Positions 1 through 13,128 of a DNA stretch of 64,000 bases are shown piece after piece. Source of the stretch: Octopus sinensis (lineage: Eukaryota); assembly GCF_006345805.1 (NCBI RefSeq), contig NW_021832845.1, positions 7,377-71,376 of the forward strand, given 5' to 3'. The notes beneath the pieces were generated by a model, which searched no databases, was not told where the DNA came from, and saw only the letters and a program-made list of their open reading frames with translations. Within the stretch, counting starts at the first letter, position 1. The number at the start of each line of letters is the position of its first letter. A program made the translations under genes and the position numbers.

Positions 1-2515
1 GAAAAATATGAAGACTGTTTCGGAGAAATCGGCACTTTGTCAATAACACATCATATCACAGTGGATCCACAAATAACTCCTGTAATTCATCCACCAAGAT
101 CGGTTCCTTTTTCTATAAAAGAAAAACTCAACAAAAAATTAAAAAGAATGACAGAATTAGATATCATAAAACCTGTTAGTGAACCTACAGACTGGGTAAA
201 TTCCCTAGTCATCGTTGAAAAAGCCAACGGAAAACTCCGACTCTGTTTAGACCCCAAGAATCTAAACAAAGCCATAAAAAGGCAACATTTCAAACTCCCT
301 ACAGCGGAGGACATTTTTGCACAAATGCATAACCCTAAATATTTTTCAAAACTCGATGCATCTAATGGATACTGGCAAATTCCAGTTGACGAAGAAAGCT
401 CCCATCTTTTAACGTTCAACACACCTTTTGGAAGGTATCGCTTCACACGACTACCCTTTGGAATTCACAGCGCCAGTGAAGTTTTCCAAAAAGAAATTTC
501 AAAAATAATAGAGGGCATAGAAGGAGCAAGAAATTCACAGGATGACATCATAATCTGGTCCAACACTTTAGAAGAACACACAAAGACTACAACAAGTTTT
601 CGATCGAATCCGAAAGCACGGATTAAAGTTAAATAAATCAAAGTGTATCTTCTATGAATCACAAATCAAGTACCTTGGGCATATGTTAACCAGCGAAGGG
701 ATAAAACAAGATCCAACCAAGGTACAAGCAATCATTCACATGCCACTGCCAACAAGTAAAAAAGAATTACAAAGATTCCTAGGTATGACAAATTACCTAT
801 GTAAATTTTTATCTAATTACTCCGAAGTCACAGCACCATTGCGCCAGCTTCTACAGAGTGACACGTTATGGTCATTCGACAAACCACAAATCGAAGCAAT
901 AAAAAAGCTAAAAGAAATGATTACCAGAAAACCAGTGCTACAATTTTATGATCCAGATCTACCAATAAAAATAACTACAGATGCTAGTAAGCATGGGCTC
1001 GGAGCGATACTTGAGCAGAAACACAACGAAAGATGGCTACCTGTTTCGTTTGCATCTCGTGCAACAACTCAAGCGGAACAAAACTACTGTCCGATAGAGA
1101 GCGAAGCTCTCAGTATAGTTTTCGCATGCAAGAAATTTCATCAGTTTATATACGGAACTCATTTCAGAATCGAAAATGACCATAAACCGTTGAAGCAAAT
1201 ATTCAAAAAATCGATCACTAAATGCCCCCCCCAGAATCCAAAGATTTCTACTAACATTACAAAGATATGATTTTGACCTAAACCACATACCTGGTAAAGA
1301 ATCAATTGTTGCAGATACCCTATCACGTGCATACCTTGAGCAAAATACTCCAGAAGTATCAGACGAAGATATGAAATCACATTCATGCAGTAATAAAAAA
1401 TTACCCCATAACCGACACGAAGTTAAAAGAGTATAAAGAAGCCACTGCAGACGACCCGTCTCTACAGACACTCGTCACATATACAAGAACAGAATGGCCC
1501 CCAAAAGACAAAATACCAATAAACATCAAACCATTCGTATCTGTTCGTGATGAAATATCAATCGTCAATGGTCTTGTTCTAAAGGTTCAAGAATAATTGT
1601 ACCTAAGTCATTACGTAGAGAAGCTCTACAGGAATACATACCGGACACATGGGTATCGAAAAATGCATAGAGAGAGCCAAGGAATGTATATACTGGCCCG
1701 GCATTAACGCTCAAATCAAAGACATGATTAACACATGCTCATACTGCATTGACTACAAAAATCAACAAGCAGCCGAACCACTAATAAATCATGAAATACC
1801 TACTACACCATGGACCAAAGTGGGTACAGACGTATTTCATCTGTCTGGAAATTCGTATGTCACAATTATTGACTATACAACAAGATTTTTTGATCTACAT
1901 GAAATAAAAGATTGCCAGTCAAAAACCGTAATCAAAAAATTAAAAGAAACTTTTGCTAAATTCGGAATTCCGCAAACAGTTGTAAGTGACAACGGTCCAG
2001 AATTCAATTTGGCTGAATTCAAAAAATTTGCAAAAAATTGGCATTTTCATCACACGAAGACAAGCCCGCATTATCATCAAGAATGGCATGGTTGAGAGAA
2101 ATATACAGACAATAAAAAGACGCTAAAAAAGGCATTCAAAAGTGGCGAAGAACCTCAGTTAGCGCTCTTAGCATTACGCACGACTAAATTACAAAATGGT
2201 GCACCATCCCCTGCAAATCAAATAATGAATAGAACATTGCGAACAAATCTCCCAAACATACTACACGACAAAATTGGTATCAGGCCTCACGAAAAGAAGA
2301 AATCAAACATTACAACAGAACTCCCAGAGTTAAAACCACACGACACGGTTAGAATTAAGTTTAACAACAATTGGTTTAGAAGGGGCAAAATAATTAAAAA
2401 ACTAGAGCAACCTCGTTCATACTTAGTAATAACAGAGGAAGGAAATACAGTCAAACGAAATAGACAACATATTCTTAAAACAAACAAACACGTTCGCATA
2501 ACAGAAGAATTAGAT
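1..2515 (+). mobile_element. Ty3/Gypsy LTR retrotransposon pol (RT-RNaseH-integrase), frameshifted and defective; 5' part lies outside the window
   Basis: ORF pieces carry RT motifs (LRLCLDPKNLNKAI, YFSKLDASNGYWQI, FGRYRFTRLPFGI, SQDDIII), RNaseH motifs (TDASKHGLGAIL, ENDHKPL) and integrase motifs (HMGIEKC..C, PWTKVGTDVF, VVSDNGPEF). Domain order RT-RH-IN is the Gypsy order. Several frameshifts. Confidence 0.95.
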
Positions 2516-3650
2516 TCATCATCATCATCATCGTCGTTTAACGTCCGTTCTCCATGCTAGCATGGGTTGGACGGTTCGACCGGGGTTCTGGGAAGCCAGA
2601 AGGCTGCACCAGGCTCCAGTCTAATTTGGCAATGTTTCTACAGCTGGATGCCCTTCCTAACGCCAACCACTCCGTGAGTGTAGTGGGTGCTTTTACGTGC
2701 CACCTGCACAGGTGCCAGGTGGGGCTGGCAACAGCCACGGTCAGATTGGTGTATTTTATGTGCCACCGGCACGGAAGCCAGACGGGCGGTGCTGGCATCG
2801 GCCACGAGTTGGATAGTGCTTTTTACGTACCACCAGACCAGGGATCTGGCTGGTTCAATTCGATTTCGATTTCGCTTGCCCCAACATGTCTTCACAAGCA
2901 AAGGGGGTTGGCAAGGGTGCCTGTCGTACGGTCGCATTGGAGTATTTTACGTGCCACGGCCACGAGTCGGATAGTGCTTTTTACGTACCCCCAGACCAGG
3001 GATCCTGGCTGGTTCAATTCGATTTCGATTTCGATTTCGCTTGCCCCAACATGTCTTCACAAGCAAAGGAGGTTGGCATGGGTGCCTGTCGTACGGTCGC
3101 ATTGGAGTATTTACGTGCCACGGCCATGAGTCGGATAGTGCTTTTTACGTACCACCAGGCCAGGGATCCTGGCTGGTTCAATTCGGTTTCGATTTCGATT
3201 TCGCTTGCCCCAACATGTCTTCGCAAGCATGGGGGGTTGGCATGGGTGTCTGTCGTCGGATGAGGTTCTATATCGACTTCACTTGCCTCAGCCGGTCTTT
3301 GTGTCCAAGGGAGGAAAGGCATTCATAAGTGGGCTGGGCTCACTTGTCCTGCCTGGTCTTCTCACGTACAGAATATTTCCAAAGGTCTCGGTCTCTGGTC
3401 ATTTCCTCAGTGAGGCCTAAAGTTCGAAGGTCGTGCTTCACCACCTCGTCCCAGGTTTTCCTGGGTCTACCTCTCCCACGGGTTCCCTCAACTGCTAGGG
3501 ATTGGCACTTTCTCACACACCTATCTTCATCCATTCTCGCCACATGGCCATACCAGCGCAATCGTCTCTCTTGCACACCACAACTGATGCTTCTTAGGTA
3601 CAACATTTCTCTCAAGGTGCTAACGCTCTGTCGAGTATGTACACTGACAT
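2516..3650 (-). mobile_element. 5'-truncated RTE-clade LINE inserted in the Gypsy element
   Basis: Minus ORF ...RRLRWYGHVARMDEDRCVRKC...RGRGRPRKTWDEVVKHDL (RTE C-terminus), 3'UTR with internal tandem units and (GAT)n tail at 2516-2535. Matches the 3' ends of the copies at 23.8-26.2 kb and 27.6-31.3 kb. Confidence 0.9.
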
Positions 3651-3931
3651 TAAACACGCATGAAAAAACAAAAACAGCACAACTACAGAATTCAACTCTA
3701 CAAAATAATAAAACCACAAAAAGTGGACGACGAATAATTATTCCCTGTAGATACAGATGATATAAAAAAAAAGAAAAAAAAAGGAAGATGTTATGTAATC
3801 ATCACAACAAACATGAACAATCAACGTCGCCCATTGTCTCCCTTGATAAAAGGACTTTCACTTTGTTTCCCGCCAAAACAATTAACTTGTACAACAACGT
3901 CAGTCGAATAAAGTATCTCGTATCGTTAACA
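3651..3931 (+). mobile_element. Gypsy 3' end: integrase tail, polypurine tract and 143-bp 3' LTR (3789-3931)
   Basis: TTKSGRRIIIPCRYR integrase C-terminal motif, then A-rich PPT (aaaaaggaaga), then TGTTA...TAACA inverted LTR termini with AATAAA at 3907. Confidence 0.8.
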
Positions 3932-4442
3932 CGTTGTTTTCAGTCTCTCTCATTTTCTTAATCTTTCATACTAAGTACTCACTACTTCCTTTAATACTCA
4001 ATACATTATATATATATAACAACAACAGAGTCAACCAAAATTTTGCTAGTGGATTTGGTAAATGGAAACTGAATGAAGACCATCTTATAAATATATATGT
4101 GTCTGTATCCCACCATCACCCTTTACAATTGCTTTTGGTGTGTATACATCCCTGTTACTTAGTGGTTCAGCAACAGAGACTGATAGAATAAGTACCAGGC
4201 TCAAAGAATAAAACAAGTACTAGGATCCATCCATTTGACTAAAAGTTCTTCAAAGCAGTGCTCTAGCATGGTCATAGCCTAATGAATGGAACAAGTAAAA
4301 GATAATGTTTGAAGGAAACGGTCCCCTGATTCCTTGCCATTTTCCTTCTCCATGATGTAAAGATAGCTATTCTGAAAGTCTGTAATAATTTATTGGTGCA
4401 TTAATTGTAATAATAATTTATTGTAATGTAATAATTTATTGT

Positions 4443-4680
4443 GGAGGCACGTGGCTCAGTGGTTAGGATGTCAGCACCATGATCATAAGATTGTAATTTT
4501 GATTCCTGGACCGGGCGACGCATTTTGTCCTTGAGCAAAACACTTCATTTCACATTGCTCCAGTCCACTCAGCTGGCAAAAATGAGTAACACTGCGATGG
4601 ACTGGCGTCCTGTCCAGCTGGGGAACACATATGCCATAGAAACCGAGAAACTGAGAAAACTAGGCTTTAAAAGGGCGCAT
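4443..4680 (+). mobile_element. tRNA-derived SINE (second family)
   Basis: tRNA-like head ggaggcacgtggctcagtggttagg...gattcctgg followed by CORE-like ttgagcaaaacacttcatttcac. Confidence 0.65.
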
Positions 4681-4747
4681 TTATTTATTATTTTAATAAT
4701 TTATTGGTGATATTTTGGTCTAAGTATGACAATGGTTAAAATTTTAC

Positions 4748-4835
4748 CGGCTGATTTCCCTAGATTCTTGGCAGTTAACGGAATTTCTTTTTCTTCTTCG
4801 TCTGCTGTTGATTGCCAAACATGCATGTCATTCAT
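4748..4835 (-). CDS. Candidate coding exon of a gene divergent from AATF (MNDMHVWQSTADEEEKEIPLTAKNLGKSA)
   Basis: Non-repetitive 88-nt open frame from ATG to a G|GTAAAA donor. No recognisable homology. Confidence 0.25.
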
Positions 4836-4927
4836 CTGCTTGAAATTGCCAGACACTCACACATATATCCTTACTCAGTGCGTGTTGGGCATAGAATGAG
4901 GACATGGATCGCTTCTACTCAACCATA

Positions 4928-7900
4928 ACCCTTTTGATACCAACCTGGTTGAAACCTGCTCTGGCTCTGAGTACAAATGTCTTGTTTTCATAAGTTCTGA
5001 ATTAAAATCTTCCACCAAATCTTAGTCACAACTTATGTTCCTAACACTAGCTTAATGATAACCAGTTATTTTACTAAATTCTTTGTTATATTTTACTCTT
5101 TTGATACCAACCTGGTTGAAACCACCTCTGGCTCTGTAATACAAATGTCTTGTTTTCATAAGTTCTGAATTAAAATCTTCCACCAAATCTTAGTCACAAC
5201 TTATGTTCCTAACACTAGCTTAATGATAACCAAGTTATTTTACTAAATTCTTTGTTATATTTTACTCTTTTGATACCAGCCTGGCTGAAACCACCTCTGG
5301 CTCTGTAATACAAATGTCTTGTTTTCATAAGTTCTGAATTAAAATCTTCCACCAAATCTTAGTCACAACTTATGTTCCTAACACTAGCTTAATGATAACC
5401 AAGTTATTTTACTAAATTCTTTGTTATATTTTACTCTTTTGATACCAGCCTGGCTGAAACCACCTCTGGCTCTGTAATACAAATGTCTTGTTTTCATAAG
5501 TTCTGAATTAAAATCTTCCACCAAATCTTAGTCACAACTTATGTTCCTAACACTAGCTTAATGATAACCAAGTTATTTTACTAAATTCTTCGTTATATTT
5601 TACTCTTTTGATACCACCTGGCTGAAACCACCTCTGGCTCTGTAATACAAATGTCTTGTTTTCATAAGTTCTGAATTAATATCTTCCACCAAACCTTAGT
5701 CACAACTTATGTTCCTAACACTAGCTTAATGATAACCAAGTTATTTTACTAAATTCTTTGTTATATTTTACTCTTTTGATACCAACCTGGTTGAAACCAC
5801 CTCTGGCTCTGTAATACAAATGTCTTGTTTTCATAAGTTCTGAATTAAAATCTTCCACCAAATCTTAGTCACAACTTATGTTCCTAACACTAGCTTAATG
5901 ATAACCAAGTTATTTTACTAAATTCTTTGTTATATTTTACTCTTTTGATACCAGCCTGGCTGAAACCACCTCTGGCTCTGTAATACAAATGTCTTGTTTT
6001 CATAAGTTCTGAATTAAAATCTTCCACCAAATCTTAGTCACAACTTATGTTCCTAACACTAGCTTAATGATAACCAAGTTATTTTACTAAATTCTTTGTT
6101 ATATTTTACTCTTTTGATACCAGCCTGGCTGAAACCACCTCTGGCTCTGTAATACAAATGTCTTGTTTTCATAAGTTCTGAATTAAAATCTTCCACCAAA
6201 CCTAGTCACAACTTATGTTCCTAACACTAGCTTAATGATAACCAAGTTATTTTACTAAATTCTTTGTTATATTTTACTCTTTTGATACCAACCTGGCTGA
6301 ACCACCTCTGGCTCTGTAATACAAATGTCTTGTTTTCATAAGTTCTGAATTAAAATTCTTCCACCAAATCTTAGTCACAACTTATGTTCCTAACACTAGC
6401 TTAATGATAACCAAGTTATTTTACTAAATTCTTTGTTATATTTTACTCTTTTGATACCAACCTGGCTGAAACCACCTCTGGCTCTGTAATACAAATGTCT
6501 TATTTTCAAAAGTTCTGAATTAAAATCTTCCACCAAACCTTAGTCACAATTTATGTTCCTAACACTAGCTTAATGATAAATAAATTATTTTACTAAATTC
6601 TTTGTTATATTTTACTCTTTTGATACCAACCTGGCTGAAACCACCTCTGGCTCTGTAATACAAATGTCTTGTTTTCATAAGTTCTGAATTAAAATCTTCC
6701 ACCAAACCTTAGTCACAACTTATGTTCCTAACACTAGCTTAATGATAACAAGTTATTTTACTAAATTCTTTGTTATATTTTACTCTTTTGATACCAACCT
6801 GGCTGAAACCACCTCTGGCTCTGTAATACAAATGTCTTGTTTTCATAAGTTCTGAATTAAAATCTTCCACCAAACCTTAGTCACAACTTATGTTCCTAAC
6901 ACTAGCTTAATGATAACCAAGTTATTTTACTAAATTCTTTGTTATATTTTACTCTTTTGATACCAACCTGGCTGAAACCACCTCTGGCTCTGTAATACAA
7001 ATGTCTTGTTTTCATAAGTTCTGAATTAAAATCTTCCACCAAATCTTAGTCACAACTTATGTTCCTAACACTAGCTTAATGATAACCAAGTTATTTTACT
7101 AAATTCTTTGTTATATTTTACTCTTTTGATACCAGCCTGGCTGAAACCACCTCTGACTCTGTAATACAAATGTCTTGTTTTCATAAGTTCTGAATTAAAA
7201 TCTTCCACCAAACCTTAGTCACAATTTATGTTCCTAACACTAGCTTAATGATAACCAAGTTATTTTACTAAATTCTTTGTTATATTTTACTCTTTTGATA
7301 CCAACCTGGCTGAAACCACCTCTGGCTCTGTAATACAAATGTCTTGTTTTCATAAGTTCTGAATTAAAATCTTCCACCAAACCTTAGTCACAACTTATGT
7401 TCCTAACACTAGCTTAATGATAACCAAGTTATTTTACTAAATTCTTTGTTATATTTTACTCTTTTGATACCAACCTGGCTGAAACCACCTCTGGCTCTGT
7501 AATACAAATGTCTTGTTTTCATAAGTTCTGAATTAAAATCTTCCACCAAACCTTAGTCACAACTTATGTTCCTAACACTAGCTTATGATAACCAAGTTAT
7601 TTTACTAAATTCTTTGTTATATTTTACTCTTTTGATACCAACCTGGCTGAAACCACCTCTGGCTCTGTAATACAAATGTCTTGTTTTCATAAGTTCTGAA
7701 TTAAAATCTTCCACCAAACCTTAGTCACAACTTATGTTCCTAACACTAGCTTAATGATAACCAAGTTATTTTACTAAATTCTTTGTTATATTTTACTCTT
7801 TTGATACCAACCTGGCTGAAACCACCTCTGGCTCTGTAATACAAATGTCTTGTTTTCATAAGTTCTGAATTAAAATCTTCCACCAAACTTAGTCACAACT

Positions 7901-9366
7901 TATGTTCCTAACACTAGCTTAATGATAACCAAGTTATTTTACTAAATTCTTTGTTATATTTTACTCTTTTGATACCAACCTGGCTGAAACCACCTCTGGC
8001 TCTGTAATACAAATGTCTTGTTTTCATAAGTTCTGAATTAAAATCTTCCACCAAATCTTAGTCACAACTTATGTTCCTAACACTAGCTTAATGATAACCA
8101 AGTTATTTTACTAAATTCTTTGTTATATTTTACTCTTTTGATACCAGCCTGGCTGGCTGAAACCACCTCTGACTCTGTAATACAAATGTTGTTTTCATAA
8201 GTTCTGAATTAAAATCTTCCACCAAACCTTAGTCACAATTTATGTTCCTAACACTAGCTTAATGATAACCAAGTTATTTTACTAAATTCTTTGTTATATT
8301 TTACTCTTTTGATACCAACCTGGCTGAAACCACCTCTGGCTCTGTAATACAAATGTCTTGTTTTCATAAGTTCTGAATTAAAATCTTCCACCAAACCTTA
8401 GTCACAACTTATGTTCCTAACACTAGCTTAATGATAACCAAGTTATTTTACTAAATTCTTTGTTATATTTTACTCTTTTGATACCAACCTGGCTAAAACC
8501 ACCTCTGGCTCTGTAATACAAATGTCTTGTTTTCATAAGTTCTGAATTAAAATCTTCCACCAAACCTTAGTCACAACTTATGTTCCTAACACTAGCTTAA
8601 TGATAACCAAGTATTTTACTAAATTCTTTGTTTATTTTACTCTTTTGATACCAACCTGGCTGAAACCACCTCTGGCTCTGTAATACAAATGTCTTGTTTT
8701 CATAAGTTCTGAATTAAAATCTTCCACCAAACCTTAGTCACAACTTATGTTCCTAACACTAGCTTAATGATAACCAAGTTATTTTACTAAATTCTTCATT
8801 ATATTTTACTCTTTTGATACCACCTGGCTGAAACCACCTCTGGCTCTGTAATACAAATGTCTTGTTTTCATAAGTTCTGAATTAAAATCTTCCACCAAAC
8901 CTTAGTCACAACTTATGTTCCTAACACTAGCTTAATGATAACCAAGTTATTTTACTAAATTCTTTGTTATATTTTACTCTTTTGATACCAACCTGGCTGA
9001 AACCACCTCTGACTCTGTAATACAAATGTCTTGTTTTCATAAGTTCTGAATTAAAATCTTCCACCAAACCTTAGTCACAACTATGTTCCTAACACTAGCT
9101 TAATGATAACCAAGTTATTTTACTAAATTCTTTGTTATATTTTACTCTTTTGATACCAACCTGGCTGAAACCACCTCTGGCTCTGTAATACAAATGTCTT
9201 GTTTTCATAAGTTCTGAATTAAAATCTTCCACCAAACCTTAGTCACAACTTATGTTCCTAACACTAGCTTAATGATAACCAAGTTATTTTACTAAATTCT
9301 TTGTTATATTTAAAGTAATTGAAAGAAACACAGAGCATCTCGACAGAAATATGGTAAAGAAACGGT
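4928..9366. repeat. About 26 x 169-bp tandem array formed inside a single MITE-like element
   Basis: Period measured from tgatacc at 5102, 5271 and 5440. The array starts at TA|ACCCTTTTGATACC and ends with a unique tail ...GGTAAAGAAACGGT|TA (imperfect TIR, TA flanks). Monomeric relatives at 35816-36040 and 36122-36353. Confidence 0.9.
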
Positions 9367-9469
9367 TAAGGGAGGACTGAGCAAGAAGGGAGCAGGCCAG
9401 CAAGATAATGAGGAGCAATAAACCATGGTTTATGTCACCACAATTCCTACAGGCATATTCAGTCAGCAA

Positions 9470-9651
9470 TTCACGCGCGCACGCACACACACATTGTCCC
9501 GCGCGCGAACGTTCTTACTATGTATAACTTATGTGAGCCTTCGCGCGCGCGCATTTGTTTTCCAAGCGAGATAATTCCGTTGTCCTTTGCCATTTCGGCT
9601 CTCCTCATTTCGGAGACGACAACAGCCTTGTTGTTTCTGCTTGGTTACAAA
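9470..9651 (+). promoter_or_regulatory. CpG-rich putative promoter/5'UTR of the AATF-like gene
   Basis: Local cluster of CGCGCG runs in an AT-rich background, directly upstream of the exon-1 ATG. Confidence 0.5.
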
Positions 9652-9730
9652 ATGGCGTTGAGCGATCTTTTGGATTCTCTCGCCAAACCGAATCCCACCT
9701 TTCACGACGGAGACGACGACTTTGGGGACA
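9652..9730 (+). CDS. AATF: AATF/Che-1/Bfr2-like, coding exon 1 (MALSDLLDSLAKPNPTFHDGDDDFGD)
   Basis: aaaATGG start context and A|GTAAGT donor (phase 1). Joins exon 2 in frame (A+AT = Asn). Resembles the AATF N-terminus as I recall it (L..LLNPRP..D.E.D). Confidence 0.75.
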
Positions 9731-9756
9731 GTAAGTATTATACCTTTACAAACCAC

Positions 9757-9804
<48 letters not shown>

Positions 9805-10245
9805 CGTTTATAAACCACTATCTCTCTCTATATATACATATATATATACATACAGCCGGAATTCTGCCTTAAGCACGCCATATAACCCCTTCATAACTTT
9901 CTTATTCTTGGGAGTATTCAGAGAATTTTCGAAAAATAAGAAGAAAAAAATGTTTTCTTTGATAATCGTGTGAATTTGAGTCTGCAAGACATAAATATGC
10001 AAAAGCTTCCTGAAAATACCGAAAACATAAAAGATACAAACGTGATGAGGGGTTTTAGGGCGTGCTTAGAGCACAATTCCGTCGTTTTATGAATTCCCTT
10101 TTGTAGAACAGAAACACGGGAAAAGTTCGCTGAAAATGCCCACAAAATACAAAATTTATGGCGAGCTGAAAGCAGAATTCCACCTATAGTTGTTTGTTTG
10201 TACTCCACCTGCCTTCGTCTTTTGTTTATTTTCATAAAGCTTCCG

Positions 10246-10293
<48 letters not shown>

Positions 10294-10974
10294 TTGTGTG
10301 AATTTTTTGCGTAATAAGATAAAAAAAACCAAGGGTGTGTAGATTTTAGAACATTTATTGATAGAAGGTCTTACAGCTGTTTCTAGGATATTTATTAATT
10401 ATATCCCTTCGTGGGAAACGGTGAGAGAGGATGGTTAAGTAATAGTTAATTTAGATAGGATACAAAATAGAGAGTGAGGTGGAGGAAAGAAAAATAGATG
10501 TAAGATATGTTTGGTTTTATATATATACACACACACACACATGCAGTTTTTTTTAACAAACGAAAGCACATGTAAAGTGAATATTGTTATCAAAATTAGT
10601 GGATGTCCCGAAATCTTTATTCGCTTAATATCATCAGCTGGTTTGACCCGGGTATAAAAACCAAAAAAAAAAAACAGTGTAATAGGTGTAACACAACATG
10701 CTCTAAACGAATATGATGAAAAAAATGCGTGATCGCGAAAGAGGGTGGGGGAGAGGACTCGGAAAATTCACATCGTGAATGTTCCGAAAGCGTTTGACAA
10801 TGCCTGCATGGATTAGATTGAATTTGTTGAGACAGATTATTTACACCTGGATGCCCTTCATGTCACCAATTTGCATGGCTGAGAGTTTTGCTTTCCAGCC
10901 ATGTAGTCTTGGGTTCCTTAGATGAGTGTGTTCTACAAAAGCACCAAGCCAGTCAAATATTTATAAACATTAAT

Positions 10975-11190
10975 AAAAGAAAATGGAGATTGGAAGGTTA
11001 ATGAGTGTTTATTATTAACAGCAAATTAATCAAGGGTATATTTTTTCCATCTGAAGATATGCTCAGGTCATATAAATATAAATTTAATAATTACTCAATA
11101 TTTACCGAGTATTAATTTAAGTGAAGATAATTAATTTGCTGTTAATAATAAACGGTTATTAAATTCCCAATCTCCATTTTCTTTTTCTTC
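10975..11190. repeat. Foldback (inverted-repeat) element with central hammerhead-like remnant CTGAAGA-TATG-loop-CATA at 11051
   Basis: Arm gaaaatggagattgg...ttattattaacagcaaattaat versus its reverse complement at 11125-11185. A related single arm lies at 13400-13495. Confidence 0.6.
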
Positions 11191-11203
11191 TTTCATATGA
11201 ATA

Positions 11204-11582
11204 CTTGCAGTATCGCCCGGCATTGCTCAGGTTTGTTTTGGCCCTTTAGGATTTTGAAAAGCAAAAATTTTGCATTATGTAGCTTGTTATTCTCTTTAAG
11301 TGAACATTTTTCTGGTTGAAATACACCGAGAAATGGTGACACAGCAGTCAAAAAATCGTAAAAAATAGGGATTTTCATAGAAAAAAAGCACCTTTTTGAT
11401 GTAAATAATTTTTGGTGTTAACATGGTCCGATTTGAATATTTTCTTCTATGGAATGAAGAGCAAGCCTTCTTCTATCATACTCTCAATTTTGGTCAACTT
11501 GCGCCGCAGGGTCTCAGAGGAGATAGTGTTAGTTGAAGCCTACCAAACCTCCCATACACAGACAACTTCGGCTTTATATATA
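11204..11582 (-). mobile_element. Non-autonomous Helitron
   Basis: 3' hairpin plus degenerate CTAG end (plus strand acttgcagtatcgcccggcattgctcagg). Same family as 41517-41896. Confidence 0.7.
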
Positions 11583-11609
11583 TTATTATTTATGCACCCT
11601 TTTCAAGCT

Positions 11610-11885
11610 TAGCCAGGTTCATGGGCCCGGTTTCTGTGGTGTATGTGTGTCCCCCCCCCCCCAGCTGGACAGGACGCCAGTCCATTGCAGTGTTACTCAA
11701 GAAACAGGAAGAAAGAGTGAAAGAAAGTTGGGGCGAAAGAGTACAGAGGTGGCCACCCCCACCCATGCCAGAGCTTCGTGGAGCTTTAGGTGTTTTCGCT
11801 CAATAAACACACACAATTGAATTGAAACTGCGATCCTCTGACCGCGAGTCCGCTGCCCTAACCACTGGGCCATTACACCTCCACA
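11610..11885 (-). mobile_element. tRNA-derived SINE
   Basis: Minus strand reads ggtgtaatggcccagtggttagggcagcggactcgcggtcagaggatcgcagtttcaattc (A/B-box-like head). Confidence 0.65.
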
Positions 11886-12024
11886 CACACACCTATTATT
11901 TTAAGGAAATTAATTCCCCAAAATACTAGTTGTTGAACCAGTATTTCTTCGGATGAAACCATCCCTTCATGAGGTTAACACAACCTCTAATGGAATATGT
12001 ATATATATATATATACATACATGA

Positions 12025-12639
12025 ATGGCTGTGTGGTAAGAACCTTGCTTCCCAACCACATAGTTCCGGGTTCAGTCCCACTTCATGTCACCTTGGGCAA
12101 GTGTCTTCTATAGCCTCAGGCTAACCAAAGCCTTGAGAGTGTATTTGGTAGATGGGAAACTGAAAGAAGCCCATATGTGTGTGTTTTTGTCCCCCCACCA
12201 TTGCTTGACAACCGATGGTGGTGTGTTTACATCCCTGTAACTTAGCAGTTCAGCAAAAGAGACTGATAGAATTAGTACCAGTACTTTAAAAGGAAAGTAC
12301 TGGGTTCGATTTGTCTAAAATTCTTCAAGGCAGTGCCCAAGCATGGCCATAGTCTAATGACTGAAAAAGTAAAAGGTAAGATATATATATTATATACATG
12401 TATAATATATATACATTTACATACATAATATATATACTCTTTTACCTGTTTCAGTCATTTGACTGGCCATGCTGGATCACCGCCTTTAGTCGAGCAAATC
12501 AACCTCATGACTTATTCTTTGTAAGCCTAATACTTATTCTATCAGTCTCTTTTACTGAACTGCTAAGTTATGGGCACGTAAACACACCAACATCGGTTGT
12601 CAAGCAATATTGGGGGGACAAACACATAAACACACACAT

Positions 12640-12690
<51 letters not shown>

Positions 12691-13050
12691 AAGACACACA
12701 CACACATATATACTACGAGCTTCTTTCAGTTTCTGTCTACCAAATCCACTCAGAAGGCTTTGGTCGGCCCAAGGCTATAATAGAAGACACTTGCCCAAGG
12801 TGCTACGCAGTGGGACTGAACCAGGAACCATGTGGTTGGTAAGCAAGCTACTTACCACACAGCCACTCCTGCACCTATATATACATACACATACATAAAC
12901 ACACACACACACACGATGGACTTCAGTTTTTCCCTATCAAATCCACTTACATGACTATAATAAAAGACACTTGCCTAAGATGCTGGGCAGTGGGATTGAA
13001 CTTAAGACTACATATTTGTGAAGTGAGCCTCTTAACCACACCTATGTCTA
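12025..13050. mobile_element. Cluster of three cephalopod-type tRNA-SINE copies (one +, two -)
   Basis: Family core gttccgggttcagtccca...ttgggcaagtgtcttcta...gatagaataagtac...ccagcatggcc, repeated many times in the window. Confidence 0.8.
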
Positions 13051-13128
13051 CTCCTATAGCCATTCACCTATATTTTCTTGTTTAGCCTTTTAGCTAATTT
13101 CTCTCTCGTTTGACCCCGACTCTTGCAG

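Noticed and set aside
10585-10640. Minus-strand CTGATGA-TATT-loop-AATA resembling a hammerhead half
   Set aside because: No GAAA after stem II and no closing stems.
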